A program made the translations under genes and the position numbers. A stretch of DNA of 64,000 bases, from positions 19,723-83,722 of the forward strand of contig CAZLEF010000020.1 of assembly GCA_964558465.1 (NCBI GenBank). Direction: 5' to 3'. Source of the DNA: an uncultured Lewinella sp. GTDB taxonomy: Bacteria > Bacteroidota > Bacteroidia > Chitinophagales > Saprospiraceae. The notes below the pieces were generated by a model that had not been told where the DNA came from, did not search any database, and saw nothing but the letters and a program-made list of their open reading frames with translations. Numbering within the stretch: position 1 is the first letter of the stretch; each line of letters starts with the position of its first letter. Shown one piece after another: positions 34,567 to 43,813 of this stretch.

Positions 34567-34930
34567 TATCCGCCAAATTTATTTGGCCGGATCCCTCGAA
34601 CGGAGTGAGAGAGGTGAGAGAGGTGAGAGAGGTGAGAGATTCACAACTGCTTGAATTGTAATGTCTACTGTAGGCCCATTAGAGCCGTAATAAATTTTCA
34701 GCGACGAAAGTTTCAATCATTTGTAATAGTAGATGTCTCTAACCCGAGTCGAGCAGGGCAGTTCAAAACCCGGTTATATTGCAGTTGAGTATAAAAGCCC
34801 CTATCCAGGATACGTATGAAAGGCTCAAAAAAGCGTTTTTCTCAGGCGGTATCCTATTCGAGGGTTCGATGAATTTCGATCGCCACCCCTCTCACCTTTC
34901 ACCCGACGTAGCTTCAGCGTAGGCGGGCTC

Positions 34931-35704
34931 TCACCCCTCCCTCACCCCAGAAACCACCCAACCAGCCCGCTTCAGCCCCCTCAACACCCCCTTGCCGCCG
35001 CCAAGCCGGGAGGCCTCGATCAGGAAAAAAGCAGGGGACGGAGTAGTCAGCTCCTGAATCCTGCCGGTTAATATGGTGTTGTAAGCGAGGAAGGATTTTC
35101 GTTCGGCGCCGGTCAGTTTTACGCGGGTTTTGCGCCAGATCAGGACGGGGTCTTCCAAAAGCATTTCCCCGATCTTTTTGTTTATTTTTTGCCGGAACCT
35201 GGCGGGGTTTTTGCCCAGGAGGCGCAATTGCCGGAGTTGGAAATCCAGGGGAATGGAAGCGTAGAACCGGTCGGCGTAATCAGGATCGAGGGGCTGGAGG
35301 ACAGCGGATCCGGCCGGCAGGTTTTCCCGGACAACTGCGGCAGTATTCTGATGCCCGTTTTCCTCCATGATCCGGGATGCCAGGCTATCTCTGACAGCCA
35401 ACGGATATTGCCGGTTGTGGGCCTGAATATCTGTTTGAAAAGCCTTCCTGAATATGGCAGTCAATCTGGCAAAATGCCGGGAGGAAAAACATTGATCCAG
35501 GGTAAGGCCCGGCGGCAATTCGCCAGGAAACGGAGCCAGGGTCTGGATAAACCAGGAAGCGCAATCGGATCTTGAACGCAGTTTTTTTTCAAAAAGCGGC
35601 AAGGCATCGGGGGAAATCGTTTCCCGGATACCCAGCAAAAAGGCAATTTTCCCGGAAACAGGATGTTGTATCCGCCAGAAAAGGGTTGCTTTTTTTTTGT
35701 GCAT
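34931..35704 (-). CDS. Hypothetical protein, possibly TraB/GumN family
   Basis: 257 aa. The N-terminal LFWRIQHPVSGKIAFLLGIRE resembles the GumN start, but the conserved His is not evident. Confidence 0.35.
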   Translation of the reverse strand: MHKKKATLFWRIQHPVSGKIAFLLGIRETISPDALPLFEKKLRSRSDCASWFIQTLAPFPGELPPGLTLDQCFSSRHFARLTAIFRKAFQTDIQAHNRQYPLAVRDSLASRIMEENGHQNTAAVVRENLPAGSAVLQPLDPDYADRFYASIPLDFQLRQLRLLGKNPARFRQKINKKIGEMLLEDPVLIWRKTRVKLTGAERKSFLAYNTILTGRIQELTTPSPAFFLIEASRLGGGKGVLRGLKRAGWVVSGVREG

Positions 35705-35729
35705 ACCGGAATCCCGGGCAGGCCCGGAC

Positions 35730-36206
35730 CTAATCGTATTTATAGGGCAGAACTTTGCTGTCTTTGACGGTGGAAAGCGTCATCAAGGTTTTAAGGCGTT
35801 CGATCTCTTCAATCTGGGAAAGGGTTTTGAACAGCAGTTTTTCGTAGGTAGGGATATCCTTGCAAACAATTTTGATGAGAAAATCGGCTTCGCCCGTGAT
35901 GATATAACACTCCACGATCTCTTCAATTTCCTTGATCTTTTCCAGGAAATTGTTCAGTGCGTTTTCTTTTTGCCAGGCCAGGGAAACCTGTACAAAGGTC
36001 TTGACATTCAATCCGATAGCTTGCGGACTGACCTGGGCGTGATAGCTCTCGATAATGCCGGTTTGCTCCAGTTTTTTAACCCGTTCCAGGGTAGGCGCGG
36101 GTGAAAGTCCGATTTTTTTTGAAAGGTCAAGGTTGGTGATCTTGCTGCTTTCCTGCAAAATCTTGAGAATTTTAAGGTCAATCTTGTCGAGTTTGTCGGA
36201 CATCAC
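35730..36206 (-). CDS. Lrp/AsnC family transcriptional regulator
   Basis: 158 aa with HTH DKIDLKILKILQESSKITNLDLSKKIGLSPAPTLERVKKLEQTGII plus an AsnC-type C-terminal domain. It is divergent from no gene and lies upstream of a Glu dehydrogenase-like gene on the same strand. Confidence 0.9.
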   Translation of the reverse strand: MMSDKLDKIDLKILKILQESSKITNLDLSKKIGLSPAPTLERVKKLEQTGIIESYHAQVSPQAIGLNVKTFVQVSLAWQKENALNNFLEKIKEIEEIVECYIITGEADFLIKIVCKDIPTYEKLLFKTLSQIEEIERLKTLMTLSTVKDSKVLPYKYD

Positions 36207-36521
36207 GGAAGGTTTTTAGTTGAATTGTTGGTTCGTTTTGAATGAATTTAATTTGGAAAACGGCCTTTAAATATTGGCCGATTTGCAAAAAAACAAAATA
36301 TATACAAAATATTGTAGCTTTTGGTGAAATTTTTTTTGTTGAGCGGGCGCCTGAAGGCAAAGGGACGGAATGGCGTTCCAAAGCGGAGGAGTTTGCAGTC
36401 TGTCAGTTTGCAGTTGGCAGTTCCGGATCCGGGTAACAACAGATATTGGTACTCCAAAACTGACGAACTGCAAACTGACCGAGTGCCGAACCGGAAGACT
36501 GCCGAACTGGCAAACATTTCA

Positions 36522-37949
36522 TTACGGGAAAATCCCCAGGTTCTGGTAGTCGTTGCTGATTTTTTTAATGGCATTTACAAAAGCGGCCGTCCGGAGACTG
36601 TCGATTTCCGGATTTTCTTTCCAGATCCTGCGGATCTCATGGTAAGCGGCCACCATGGTTTCCTCGAGGCCCGAGCGGATGAGGTCGATCTCGTCGGCGC
36701 CGCGGGCGATCAATCCCCTTTCTTTTTGGCTGACGGGCCTGCTGGTATTCGATTCGATCACGTCCAGTATCTGGGAATGGATATTCTGGTTGAACCGTTT
36801 GTCCATCCTGCCGAAGCGGATATGAGAAAGGTTTTTCAGCCATTCGAAATAGGACACCGTCACACCACCCGCATTGAGGTAGACATCCGGGATGATGAGG
36901 ATATTTTTGCGCAGCAAAATTTCTTCGGCTGCGGAGGTGATCGGTCCGTTGGCGGCTTCGGCGATGATCTTGGCCTTTACCTTTTCTGCATTTTTGTAAG
37001 TGATCTCGTTTTCGAGTGCGGCAGGTACCAGGATGTCGCAATCAAATTCCATGATCTTGCGCCGGTCTTCTTTGCCATAACTGGTTGCGCCGGGGTAATT
37101 GAGGATGCTGCCGGTATCTTTCCGGAATTGAAGCAGGTGGTGGATATCGATCCCATCCGCTTTATAGATGCAGCCTTCCACTTCAGCCACGCCGACGATG
37201 ATCACACCGCCTTCGTCCTGTGATATTTTGGCGGCGAAAGAGCCCACGTTGCCGAGCCCCTGAACGGCCATGGTTTTGCCTTTGACGCCGGTGGTAAGGC
37301 CCAGCGCTTTCATGTCTTCTTCAATGCTGCAGGCTTCCCGGATGCCGTAAAAAACGCCCCGCCCGGTGGCCTCTTCGCGGCCGCGGACGCCGTGTTGCGC
37401 AACCGGTTTGCCGGTGACGCAGCCCGCAGCGTCGATCTCGTCTCCGCGGAAGGTCCGGTACGTATCATATATCCAGGCCATCTCCCGGCCGCCCGTTCCG
37501 TAGTCGGGCGCAGGCACATCGATAGACGGGCCGATGAGGTTCCGTTTGATCAGTTCGGTGGTATACCGGCGGGTGATCTTTTCCAGTTGATCGGGCGTAT
37601 ATTCCCAGGGATTGATCTTGACCCCGCCTTTTGCTCCCCCAAACGGCACATCGACAATCGCGCATTTGATGGACATCAGTGTGGCCAGGGCCATCACCTC
37701 TTCCTGGTTGACGTGATTGCTGTAACGGATGCCGCCTTTGGTGGGCGTCCGGTGGTGACTGTGCTGAACGCGGTAGGCTTCGATGACTTTTACTTCGTTT
37801 CCGATTTTGACCGGGAACTGCATCTGAAACACGGCATTGCACACTTTGATTTGTTCGAGGATTCCCTGGTCAATTCCGGTATGGGCTCCAGCTTTATCAA
37901 AGAAATCGATTACGCTTTGATAAAAACTTTTTTCCTGCTTATCAATCAT
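36522..37949 (-). CDS. Glu/Leu/Phe/Val dehydrogenase family (glutamate dehydrogenase-like)
   Basis: 475 aa with the motif VPFGGAKGGVKINP and the NAD(P) motif GLGNVGS. Confidence 0.9.
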   Translation of the reverse strand: MIDKQEKSFYQSVIDFFDKAGAHTGIDQGILEQIKVCNAVFQMQFPVKIGNEVKVIEAYRVQHSHHRTPTKGGIRYSNHVNQEEVMALATLMSIKCAIVDVPFGGAKGGVKINPWEYTPDQLEKITRRYTTELIKRNLIGPSIDVPAPDYGTGGREMAWIYDTYRTFRGDEIDAAGCVTGKPVAQHGVRGREEATGRGVFYGIREACSIEEDMKALGLTTGVKGKTMAVQGLGNVGSFAAKISQDEGGVIIVGVAEVEGCIYKADGIDIHHLLQFRKDTGSILNYPGATSYGKEDRRKIMEFDCDILVPAALENEITYKNAEKVKAKIIAEAANGPITSAAEEILLRKNILIIPDVYLNAGGVTVSYFEWLKNLSHIRFGRMDKRFNQNIHSQILDVIESNTSRPVSQKERGLIARGADEIDLIRSGLEETMVAAYHEIRRIWKENPEIDSLRTAAFVNAIKKISNDYQNLGIFP

Positions 37950-38151
37950 GGTCTTTTATTTGGTTTTCAATTTTGGTCAGGCGCCTGTCGAGGTACATTA
38001 AAAAAATGCCGATGCCGAGCAGTACCGTGACAATAACGGCGACCACCACGTAGATCTTCCCAATGCTTCGGAAAAAATCAGGCCCGCCGGATTGGGCGTG
38101 CACCTGGAGGGTAAACAGAAGGAGGCCCAAAAGAGCCGGGCATTTTTTCAT
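37942..38151 (-). CDS. CcmD-like small membrane protein
   Basis: ORF 37942..38196 with likely start MKKCPALLGLL. It has a signal-like segment and then GKIYVVVAVIVTVLLGIGIFLMYLDRRLTKIE. It lies directly downstream of the ccmB and ccmC-like genes and overlaps the next start by 8 nt. Confidence 0.5.
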   Translation of the reverse strand: MKKCPALLGLLLFTLQVHAQSGGPDFFRSIGKIYVVVAVIVTVLLGIGIFLMYLDRRLTKIENQIKDHD

Positions 38152-38299
38152 GAACAGACTTGATTCGCCGCCGCAAAAGTCGCGTAAATTTTTCATATCT
38201 GCAATCTGTTTTCAAGCCAAAATTTTGTTTAAATATACCTTCGCCAAATTTTTTTATCAACATTCCGTCTTTTTATTAAAAAACGGTATTCTATCTATG

Positions 38300-38560
38300 G
38301 GACAGTCTGCAGTCAGGGAACTGAGCGGAGCCGAAGTTCAGTCTGCAGTCCTCAGCTTGCAGTTTGCAGCCCCTCACCGCCTACCGTCAGCCGTCTCCTT
38401 CGACTTCGCTCAGGCGCCTAACCGCCCACTCCAAAGGAGTCCTATGGACCGTCCACCGTGAGCCGTGAGCCGTGAGCCATCCACCGTCTATCGTCCGCCG
38501 TCTTCCGTGAGCAGTGAGTTGTGAGCCGTGAGCCGTCTACCGTCCACCGTCCACTATCCT
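38300..38560. repeat. Mosaic of short repeat words (CAGTCTGCAGTC, GTGAGCC, CCACCGTC) with the dispersed motif CCTTCGACTTCGCTCAGG
   Basis: The region contains CAGTCTGCAGTC x2, GCAGTTTGCAG, TCTCCTTCGACTTCGCTCAGGCGCCTAACCG, (GTGAGCC)n and CCGTCCACCGTCCAC. The right part overlaps the 3' end of 38537..39607. Confidence 0.75.
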
Positions 38561-39607
38561 CTCCAGTACCCTCTGATGCAGCCGTTCCACGCGGTACCAA
38601 AGGGTTGCCATCCAGGCGCCGACCAGGGTCCAGCCGATGACCGCCGGATAAAACACCATACGCATGGTATTGTCGAGATCCTGCGAACCGAAAGCGGGGT
38701 TGCCGCCCGCTCCGGGGTGAAGGCTGTCGGTCAATCTGGGTACGACATAGATCAGCGGGATCAGCGCAACAAAAGCAAAAATATTGTAAACTGCAGAAAG
38801 CCTGCCGCGTTTTTCCGGGTCTTCAAAGGCTGCGCGCAGCACAAAATAGGCCAGGTAAATGAACAGGGCGATCAGGGTCATGGTCTGTTTGACGTCCCAA
38901 CTCCAGGGCGAGCCCCAGGCGCTGGTTGCCCAGATGGCGCCTGTTACAAGGCCCAGTACGCCGTAGATCAACCCGACGATGGTAAATGCGGCAGCCCACC
39001 GGTCGTGGTCCAGCCCGCCCCGTTTCAAGTAAAGGATGCTGTGGTAAACGGAAACGATGAACAGGGATACCATCGCCAGCCAGAGGGCTACATGGAAATA
39101 GGTGTTGCGGATGGTCTCCTGGAGGATGTTGCGGAAAGGGTAGGTCAGTTTTTTCAGGTAATGCAATCCCTCGATCGGGGTGTTCTTCCACACCTGTACC
39201 CCCATGGAAGGATCAATGGAATCCTGCCGGACAAAAACCGCCGACGGCAAAAGGGAAACGCCGTCCACGTGGTTGTCCAGTACCAGGGTGAAATCCTGGG
39301 TGCGTTTGTCCACCGGCAAATGGGAAGGAATGGAAAACCTGGCTTCCAGTTCGGTCTCGCTGGCCGGGTTTAATGCTACTGCGCCCAGCGCCTGTTCGTC
39401 GTCGAGCTTGAGCCATGCCCGCAGGCTGTCGGCGCCTTTCATGAAATGGGAATTGTATCCTTCGACCTTCAAAATGAGTTCCTCGCCCGTTTCGACGGTT
39501 TGCGGAGCCACCCGGATGATGCCGGGTTTTAACGGGCCGAGCATGCCGGCTACGAAGACATAGACGAGGATCAGGATTCCGGAAATTTTCCACCAGTTTT
39601 TTTTCAT
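38537..39607 (-). CDS. Cytochrome c biogenesis protein, CcmC/CcsA family with N-terminal extension
   Basis: 356 aa with the Trp-rich heme-handling motif WGSPWSWDVKQT and multiple TM helices. Confidence 0.8.
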   Translation of the reverse strand: MKKNWWKISGILILVYVFVAGMLGPLKPGIIRVAPQTVETGEELILKVEGYNSHFMKGADSLRAWLKLDDEQALGAVALNPASETELEARFSIPSHLPVDKRTQDFTLVLDNHVDGVSLLPSAVFVRQDSIDPSMGVQVWKNTPIEGLHYLKKLTYPFRNILQETIRNTYFHVALWLAMVSLFIVSVYHSILYLKRGGLDHDRWAAAFTIVGLIYGVLGLVTGAIWATSAWGSPWSWDVKQTMTLIALFIYLAYFVLRAAFEDPEKRGRLSAVYNIFAFVALIPLIYVVPRLTDSLHPGAGGNPAFGSQDLDNTMRMVFYPAVIGWTLVGAWMATLWYRVERLHQRVLERIVDGGR

Positions 39608-39624
39608 AACCCAGAAGTTATAAT

Positions 39625-39810
39625 TTTTCGATTGATCCGATTGGTTCGATTGATTGGCAGCCCTCGAATCAACAAATCAACGCATCAACAAATCAACAAT
39701 TGATTGAATTGATCCGATTGATTGGATTGATTGGATTGGTTCGATTGATTGGCAGCCCTCGAATCAACAAATCAACGCATCAACAAATCAACAATTGATC
39801 GGATCATTCT
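39625..39810. repeat. Tandem duplication (period 95 nt) of a palindromic GATTGATT/AATCAAC spacer
   Basis: There are exact 62-nt copies at 39643-39704 and 39738-39799: GGTTCGATTGATTGGCAGCCCTCGAATCAACAAATCAACGCATCAACAAATCAACAATTGAT. Confidence 0.85.
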
Positions 39811-39831
39811 AAACATTCGAATCAATTAAAT

Positions 39832-40491
39832 TCAATCTCTCCACAAAAACGGGAACAGCAAAATTGCCATGCCCAGGGAAACCATATCGATCGCCACAAG
39901 GACGAGCATATCCTGGTCAATATTTGTATCCTGCAACAGTCGCAGCGCGTTGGCCGAAATTTTGGTCAGCGTCATCACGATGGGGATCACCAGCGGGAAA
40001 CTCATGATCGCCATCAGGGTGGCGCTGTTGTCGGCCTTTGCAGCTATAGCTGAAATAAACGTGAAGGTAATGGAAAAACCGGCGCTGCCCAAAAACAGGG
40101 CAAGTATGAACTGGCCGTAGCTCTTCACGGGGTTGCCGGTCAGCCAGGCCATGGCGCCCCAGGTGAGCAGGCTGATGAGGGCCAGCAACCCGATGTTGTA
40201 AATGATCTTGGCTGCCAGTACATTAAGCGGATGGGCCATCTGGTAATAATACAATTGCCGGGCGCTGTTTTCCCGGATAAAACTTTTGGTAACGGCATTC
40301 ACGGCTGCAAACAGCAGGATGACCCAAAAAATGGTGTTCCAGGTCTTTGCATCTACCTGGACAAAAGCCGCATACACAATGAATACCGTGGAGATGACAT
40401 ACAGCAAAATGCCTCCGATGGCATAACGGGTACGCCATTCCAGCAACAACTCCTTGCGGAGCAGGTGGAGAATCTCGCCAAGGGTATTCAT
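39832..40491 (-). CDS. ccmB: Heme exporter protein CcmB
   Basis: ORF 39832..40542 with probable start MNTLGEILHLLRKELLLEWR. It has six hydrophobic helices and a CcmB-like N-terminal motif. Confidence 0.7.
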   Translation of the reverse strand: MNTLGEILHLLRKELLLEWRTRYAIGGILLYVISTVFIVYAAFVQVDAKTWNTIFWVILLFAAVNAVTKSFIRENSARQLYYYQMAHPLNVLAAKIIYNIGLLALISLLTWGAMAWLTGNPVKSYGQFILALFLGSAGFSITFTFISAIAAKADNSATLMAIMSFPLVIPIVMTLTKISANALRLLQDTNIDQDMLVLVAIDMVSLGMAILLFPFLWRD

Positions 40492-40686
40492 GGGTACAAA
40501 TGTAATGATTACCGTATAATGCGCCTGGCAATTCCGCGTCATAATTCTGTGAAATGTTTTCTTTCGTGACCGGATAACGCCGGCGTATGTTTGTGCAGGC
40601 GGCGCTTTTCATTTTTGGTCGGGCCGGAATCACAAAAAATGCCAAAGAATCCTTAAATTTGAACCAGATTGGATCATTAAAGGATT

Positions 40687-41892
40687 ATGAAAGGTTTTCT
40701 ATTAAGCTTGCTCGCCTGGAGCATGACAGGAATGACCAGTTTGGCTGCCCCGGACTACTTACAGGTTACAGCTATGTCCGGCGACGGTATCTTTTCGCTG
40801 TTGCGCCGGTATCAACTGGAGCAGCATGCCTGCAATTTCGACCAGTTCTATGCACTGAACAAGCTGAAAAAAAATGCCCACCTGCGCACCGGCAAACCGT
40901 ACACTTTGCCCATCCAGTTGTACGAATTCAACGGCAAAACGATCCGTTCCAGCATCGGTATCAATGACTGGGACCTCGCCGTGAAGATACAGGAGTACAA
41001 CGAAGCCATGCTGGAAAAAGCGGTGCGTACGGCTTCCTATAAAGAAGACAAACAACTCTGGGTACCCCACCATATCCAGAACTGTCCGGATGAAAAAACG
41101 GCAGTTGCCACCCCCGTCTCCTCGCCGGATCCGGTTACGGCCGGGCAGGTTGAGCCCATGAAAGGTGACCGGATTTTCCCCATTTTTGGCCCGGATTACG
41201 CTAAAACTCCGCTCAGCAGCAACAAACTCAAAGGCAAGGTCTTTTATATTTCAAGCGGCCACGGCGGACCCGACCCCGGCGCGATCGGCAAACGGGCAGG
41301 GCATGACCTTTGTGAAGACGAATACGCCTATGATGTGTGTCTGCGTTTGTGCCGCCACCTGATCGCCCACGGCGCTACGGCCTACATGATCAACCGTGAC
41401 CCCAACGACGGCATCCGCGACGATGATTTTTTCAAATGCGATGAAGATGAAGTATTGTGGGGCGGCGTGAAAATGAACTACGGCCAGAAAAGCCGGCTGT
41501 TCCAGCGATCGGATATCATCAATGACCTCTACGAAAAACACCTTCAGCAAGGTGTCACCGAACAAACCGCTATAGAAGTGCATGTGGATTCCAGGAGCCG
41601 CAGCCAGCGCACCGACCTGTATTTTTACCATTACCCCGGCAGCGAGTCCGGCGAAAAACTGGCCAATAAGATGTTGGCTACCATGCAGGAAAAATACGGA
41701 AAATACCGCAAGGAAGGGCAATACGAAGGTACGGTCAAAGGCCGCGACCTGCACATGCTGCGTGAACTGAAGCCGCTTTCTGTTTACGTGGAAATGGCCA
41801 ATATCCGCAATTACAGCGACCAGCAACGGCTTGTGCTGAAGAAAAACCGGCAGTTGCTGGCAGATTGGCTTTTTGAAGGCCTGACGCGCTAA
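40687..41892 (+). CDS. N-acetylmuramoyl-L-alanine amidase (Amidase_3) with N-terminal LysM-like segment
   Basis: 401 aa with a signal peptide, ISSGHGGPDPGAIG, and EVHVDS...ANIRN, typical of Amidase_3. Confidence 0.8.
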   Translation: MKGFLLSLLAWSMTGMTSLAAPDYLQVTAMSGDGIFSLLRRYQLEQHACNFDQFYALNKLKKNAHLRTGKPYTLPIQLYEFNGKTIRSSIGINDWDLAVKIQEYNEAMLEKAVRTASYKEDKQLWVPHHIQNCPDEKTAVATPVSSPDPVTAGQVEPMKGDRIFPIFGPDYAKTPLSSNKLKGKVFYISSGHGGPDPGAIGKRAGHDLCEDEYAYDVCLRLCRHLIAHGATAYMINRDPNDGIRDDDFFKCDEDEVLWGGVKMNYGQKSRLFQRSDIINDLYEKHLQQGVTEQTAIEVHVDSRSRSQRTDLYFYHYPGSESGEKLANKMLATMQEKYGKYRKEGQYEGTVKGRDLHMLRELKPLSVYVEMANIRNYSDQQRLVLKKNRQLLADWLFEGLTR

Positions 41893-41915
41893 AGTTTAAT
41901 GATAAAGGCAGGTTT

Positions 41916-42461
41916 ATGGTACAAGCAAAATCTCTCCTCTCCGTCAGTATTCACACCCAGCGGCTGGTACTCCATCCCGTATCAGACCGGCACAAATTCG
42001 AGATCTACATGACATTCGACGAGGAAATCACCCGTTATATGCACCCCAAACCGCCTGAAAAACTGGAAGACACCCTGGAATTTATCAAAACGGTTCGCGC
42101 CGATATGGAGATCGGAAAATGCCTGAATATGGTGATACTCGACACCGTAACCCAGGAATTTTACGGGTGCGCCGGTTTGCACAACGTCGATACCCGGACG
42201 CCTGAATTTGGCATCTGGATCAAAAAATACGCACATGGACACGGGTTCGGCCGCGAAGCAGTCGACGGATTGATGACCTGGGCAAATGAAAATCTGGATT
42301 ACGACTGGCTCGTTTACCCCGTCGACCGGCGAAATGCAGCCAGCCGGAAAATCCCGGAGAAATTCGGAGGCATCATTGCCGGAAGGTACGAAACCGTGAG
42401 CCTCGACGGCATCTGGCTGGATATTGTGGAATACCGGATTTTGAGAAGTTCGTTGGTTTGA
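41916..42461 (+). CDS. GNAT family N-acetyltransferase (RimJ/RimL-like)
   Basis: 181 aa with LVLHPVSDRHKFEIYMTF and a GHGFGREAV acetyl-CoA binding-like motif. Confidence 0.8.
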   Translation: MVQAKSLLSVSIHTQRLVLHPVSDRHKFEIYMTFDEEITRYMHPKPPEKLEDTLEFIKTVRADMEIGKCLNMVILDTVTQEFYGCAGLHNVDTRTPEFGIWIKKYAHGHGFGREAVDGLMTWANENLDYDWLVYPVDRRNAASRKIPEKFGGIIAGRYETVSLDGIWLDIVEYRILRSSLV

Positions 42462-42541
42462 AAGTATTCAGTCCACAGTCTCCTTCGACTCCGCTCAGGA
42501 GCCTAACCGTCTACCGTGGGCCGTCTACCGTAGGCCGTCCG

Positions 42542-43744
42542 TTACTTCAATCTGCTCACCGCCTCCCCAATCCGTTCAATCGCTTCTTTCAATTGTTCCT
42601 CGCTGGCTGCATAGGAGAGCCTGAGGCAATTGTTATCGCCGAAGCCGGCGCCGGAAACGGTGGCTACATGGGCTTTATCCAGGAGGTACATGCTGAAGTC
42701 ATCGGCATTTTTCACAACGGTATGTCCGTCTGAAAGGCCGAAGTAGTTGCGGATATCAGGGAACACGTAAAAGGCGCCTTGCGGCAAATTGACCTTCATG
42801 CCGGGCACTTGCTCCAACAGGCTGATCACCAGGTCGCGCCGGCGGAGGAAGGCGTCGCGCATGGCCCAGGTGGGCGACATATCGGAGAGCAGGGCGTGGG
42901 CCGCCGCCTTCTGACCGAAGGAGGTTGCGCCGGAGGTGAACTGGCCCTGGATCTTGTCGCAAGCCTGCGCCAGCCATTCGGGCGCGCCGATATAACCCAG
43001 GCGCCAGCCGGTCATGGCAAAACCTTTGGCAAAGCCGTTGACGGTAATGGTGCGGTCGCGGACAGGCTCAAGTGTTCCGATGCTGGCGTGTTTACCCGTG
43101 AAGTTGATGTATTCATAAATTTCATCGGAGACGATATGGACATGTTCATATTTGCCCAGCATATGCGCCATGGCAACGAGTTCGTCGAATGTAAATACAG
43201 AACCCGTGGGGTTGCAGGGGGAGGAAAAAATAAGGAGTTTGGTGCGGTCGGTGATCGCCGCTTCGACCTGTTCCACAGAGGGTTTGTAATCCTGTTCGAT
43301 ACCTGCATGGACAACCACGGGGACGCCGCCGGCGAATTTTACGATCTCAAAATATGAAACCCAGTACGGAGCGAGAATGACGGCTTCGTCGCCTTCGTCG
43401 AGCAGGGACAGGCAGATATTGGCGATGGATTGTTTGGCCCCGTTGGACACGACGATCTGGTTGGTGGTGAATTCCAGTCCGTTATCGCGTTTGAACTTGG
43501 TGCAGATCGCTTCCCGGAGTACCGGCAGGCCCGATACGGGGGTATACTTGGTATAACCTTGGTCCAGGGCTTCTTTAGCCGCCGTTTTGATGTGCTCGGG
43601 GGTATCAAAATCGGGTTCGCCCAGGCTCAGGCTGATCACTTTATGGCCCTGAGCGGCGAGGTTGCGCGCCAGTTTTGCCATTAACAAGGTGGAGGATTCC
43701 TCCATTTCCAATACTTTTCTGGAAAGCGGCAAAGTGCTTAACAT
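42542..43744 (-). CDS. Class I/II PLP-dependent aminotransferase (aspartate aminotransferase-like)
   Basis: 400 aa with LSLGEPDFDTP, NPTG and NGFAKGFAMTGWRLGY (PLP lysine). Confidence 0.9.
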   Translation of the reverse strand: MLSTLPLSRKVLEMEESSTLLMAKLARNLAAQGHKVISLSLGEPDFDTPEHIKTAAKEALDQGYTKYTPVSGLPVLREAICTKFKRDNGLEFTTNQIVVSNGAKQSIANICLSLLDEGDEAVILAPYWVSYFEIVKFAGGVPVVVHAGIEQDYKPSVEQVEAAITDRTKLLIFSSPCNPTGSVFTFDELVAMAHMLGKYEHVHIVSDEIYEYINFTGKHASIGTLEPVRDRTITVNGFAKGFAMTGWRLGYIGAPEWLAQACDKIQGQFTSGATSFGQKAAAHALLSDMSPTWAMRDAFLRRRDLVISLLEQVPGMKVNLPQGAFYVFPDIRNYFGLSDGHTVVKNADDFSMYLLDKAHVATVSGAGFGDNNCLRLSYAASEEQLKEAIERIGEAVSRLK

Positions 43745-43813
43745 GGTCTTATAATTGAAGAAATTTTCGGCAAAATTAAACTATTATCGTGTAGTATTGC
43801 GTAAATTTTTGGC

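Noticed and set aside
34595-34960. GGTGAGAGA x4 (34600-34640) and the complementary CTCACC-rich stretch (34885-34950) as a long-range inverted repeat or MITE
   Set aside because: Only the short word is shared. The ~250 nt between the two stretches show no terminal inverted repeat structure or target duplication. It is probably another instance of the low-complexity word families.
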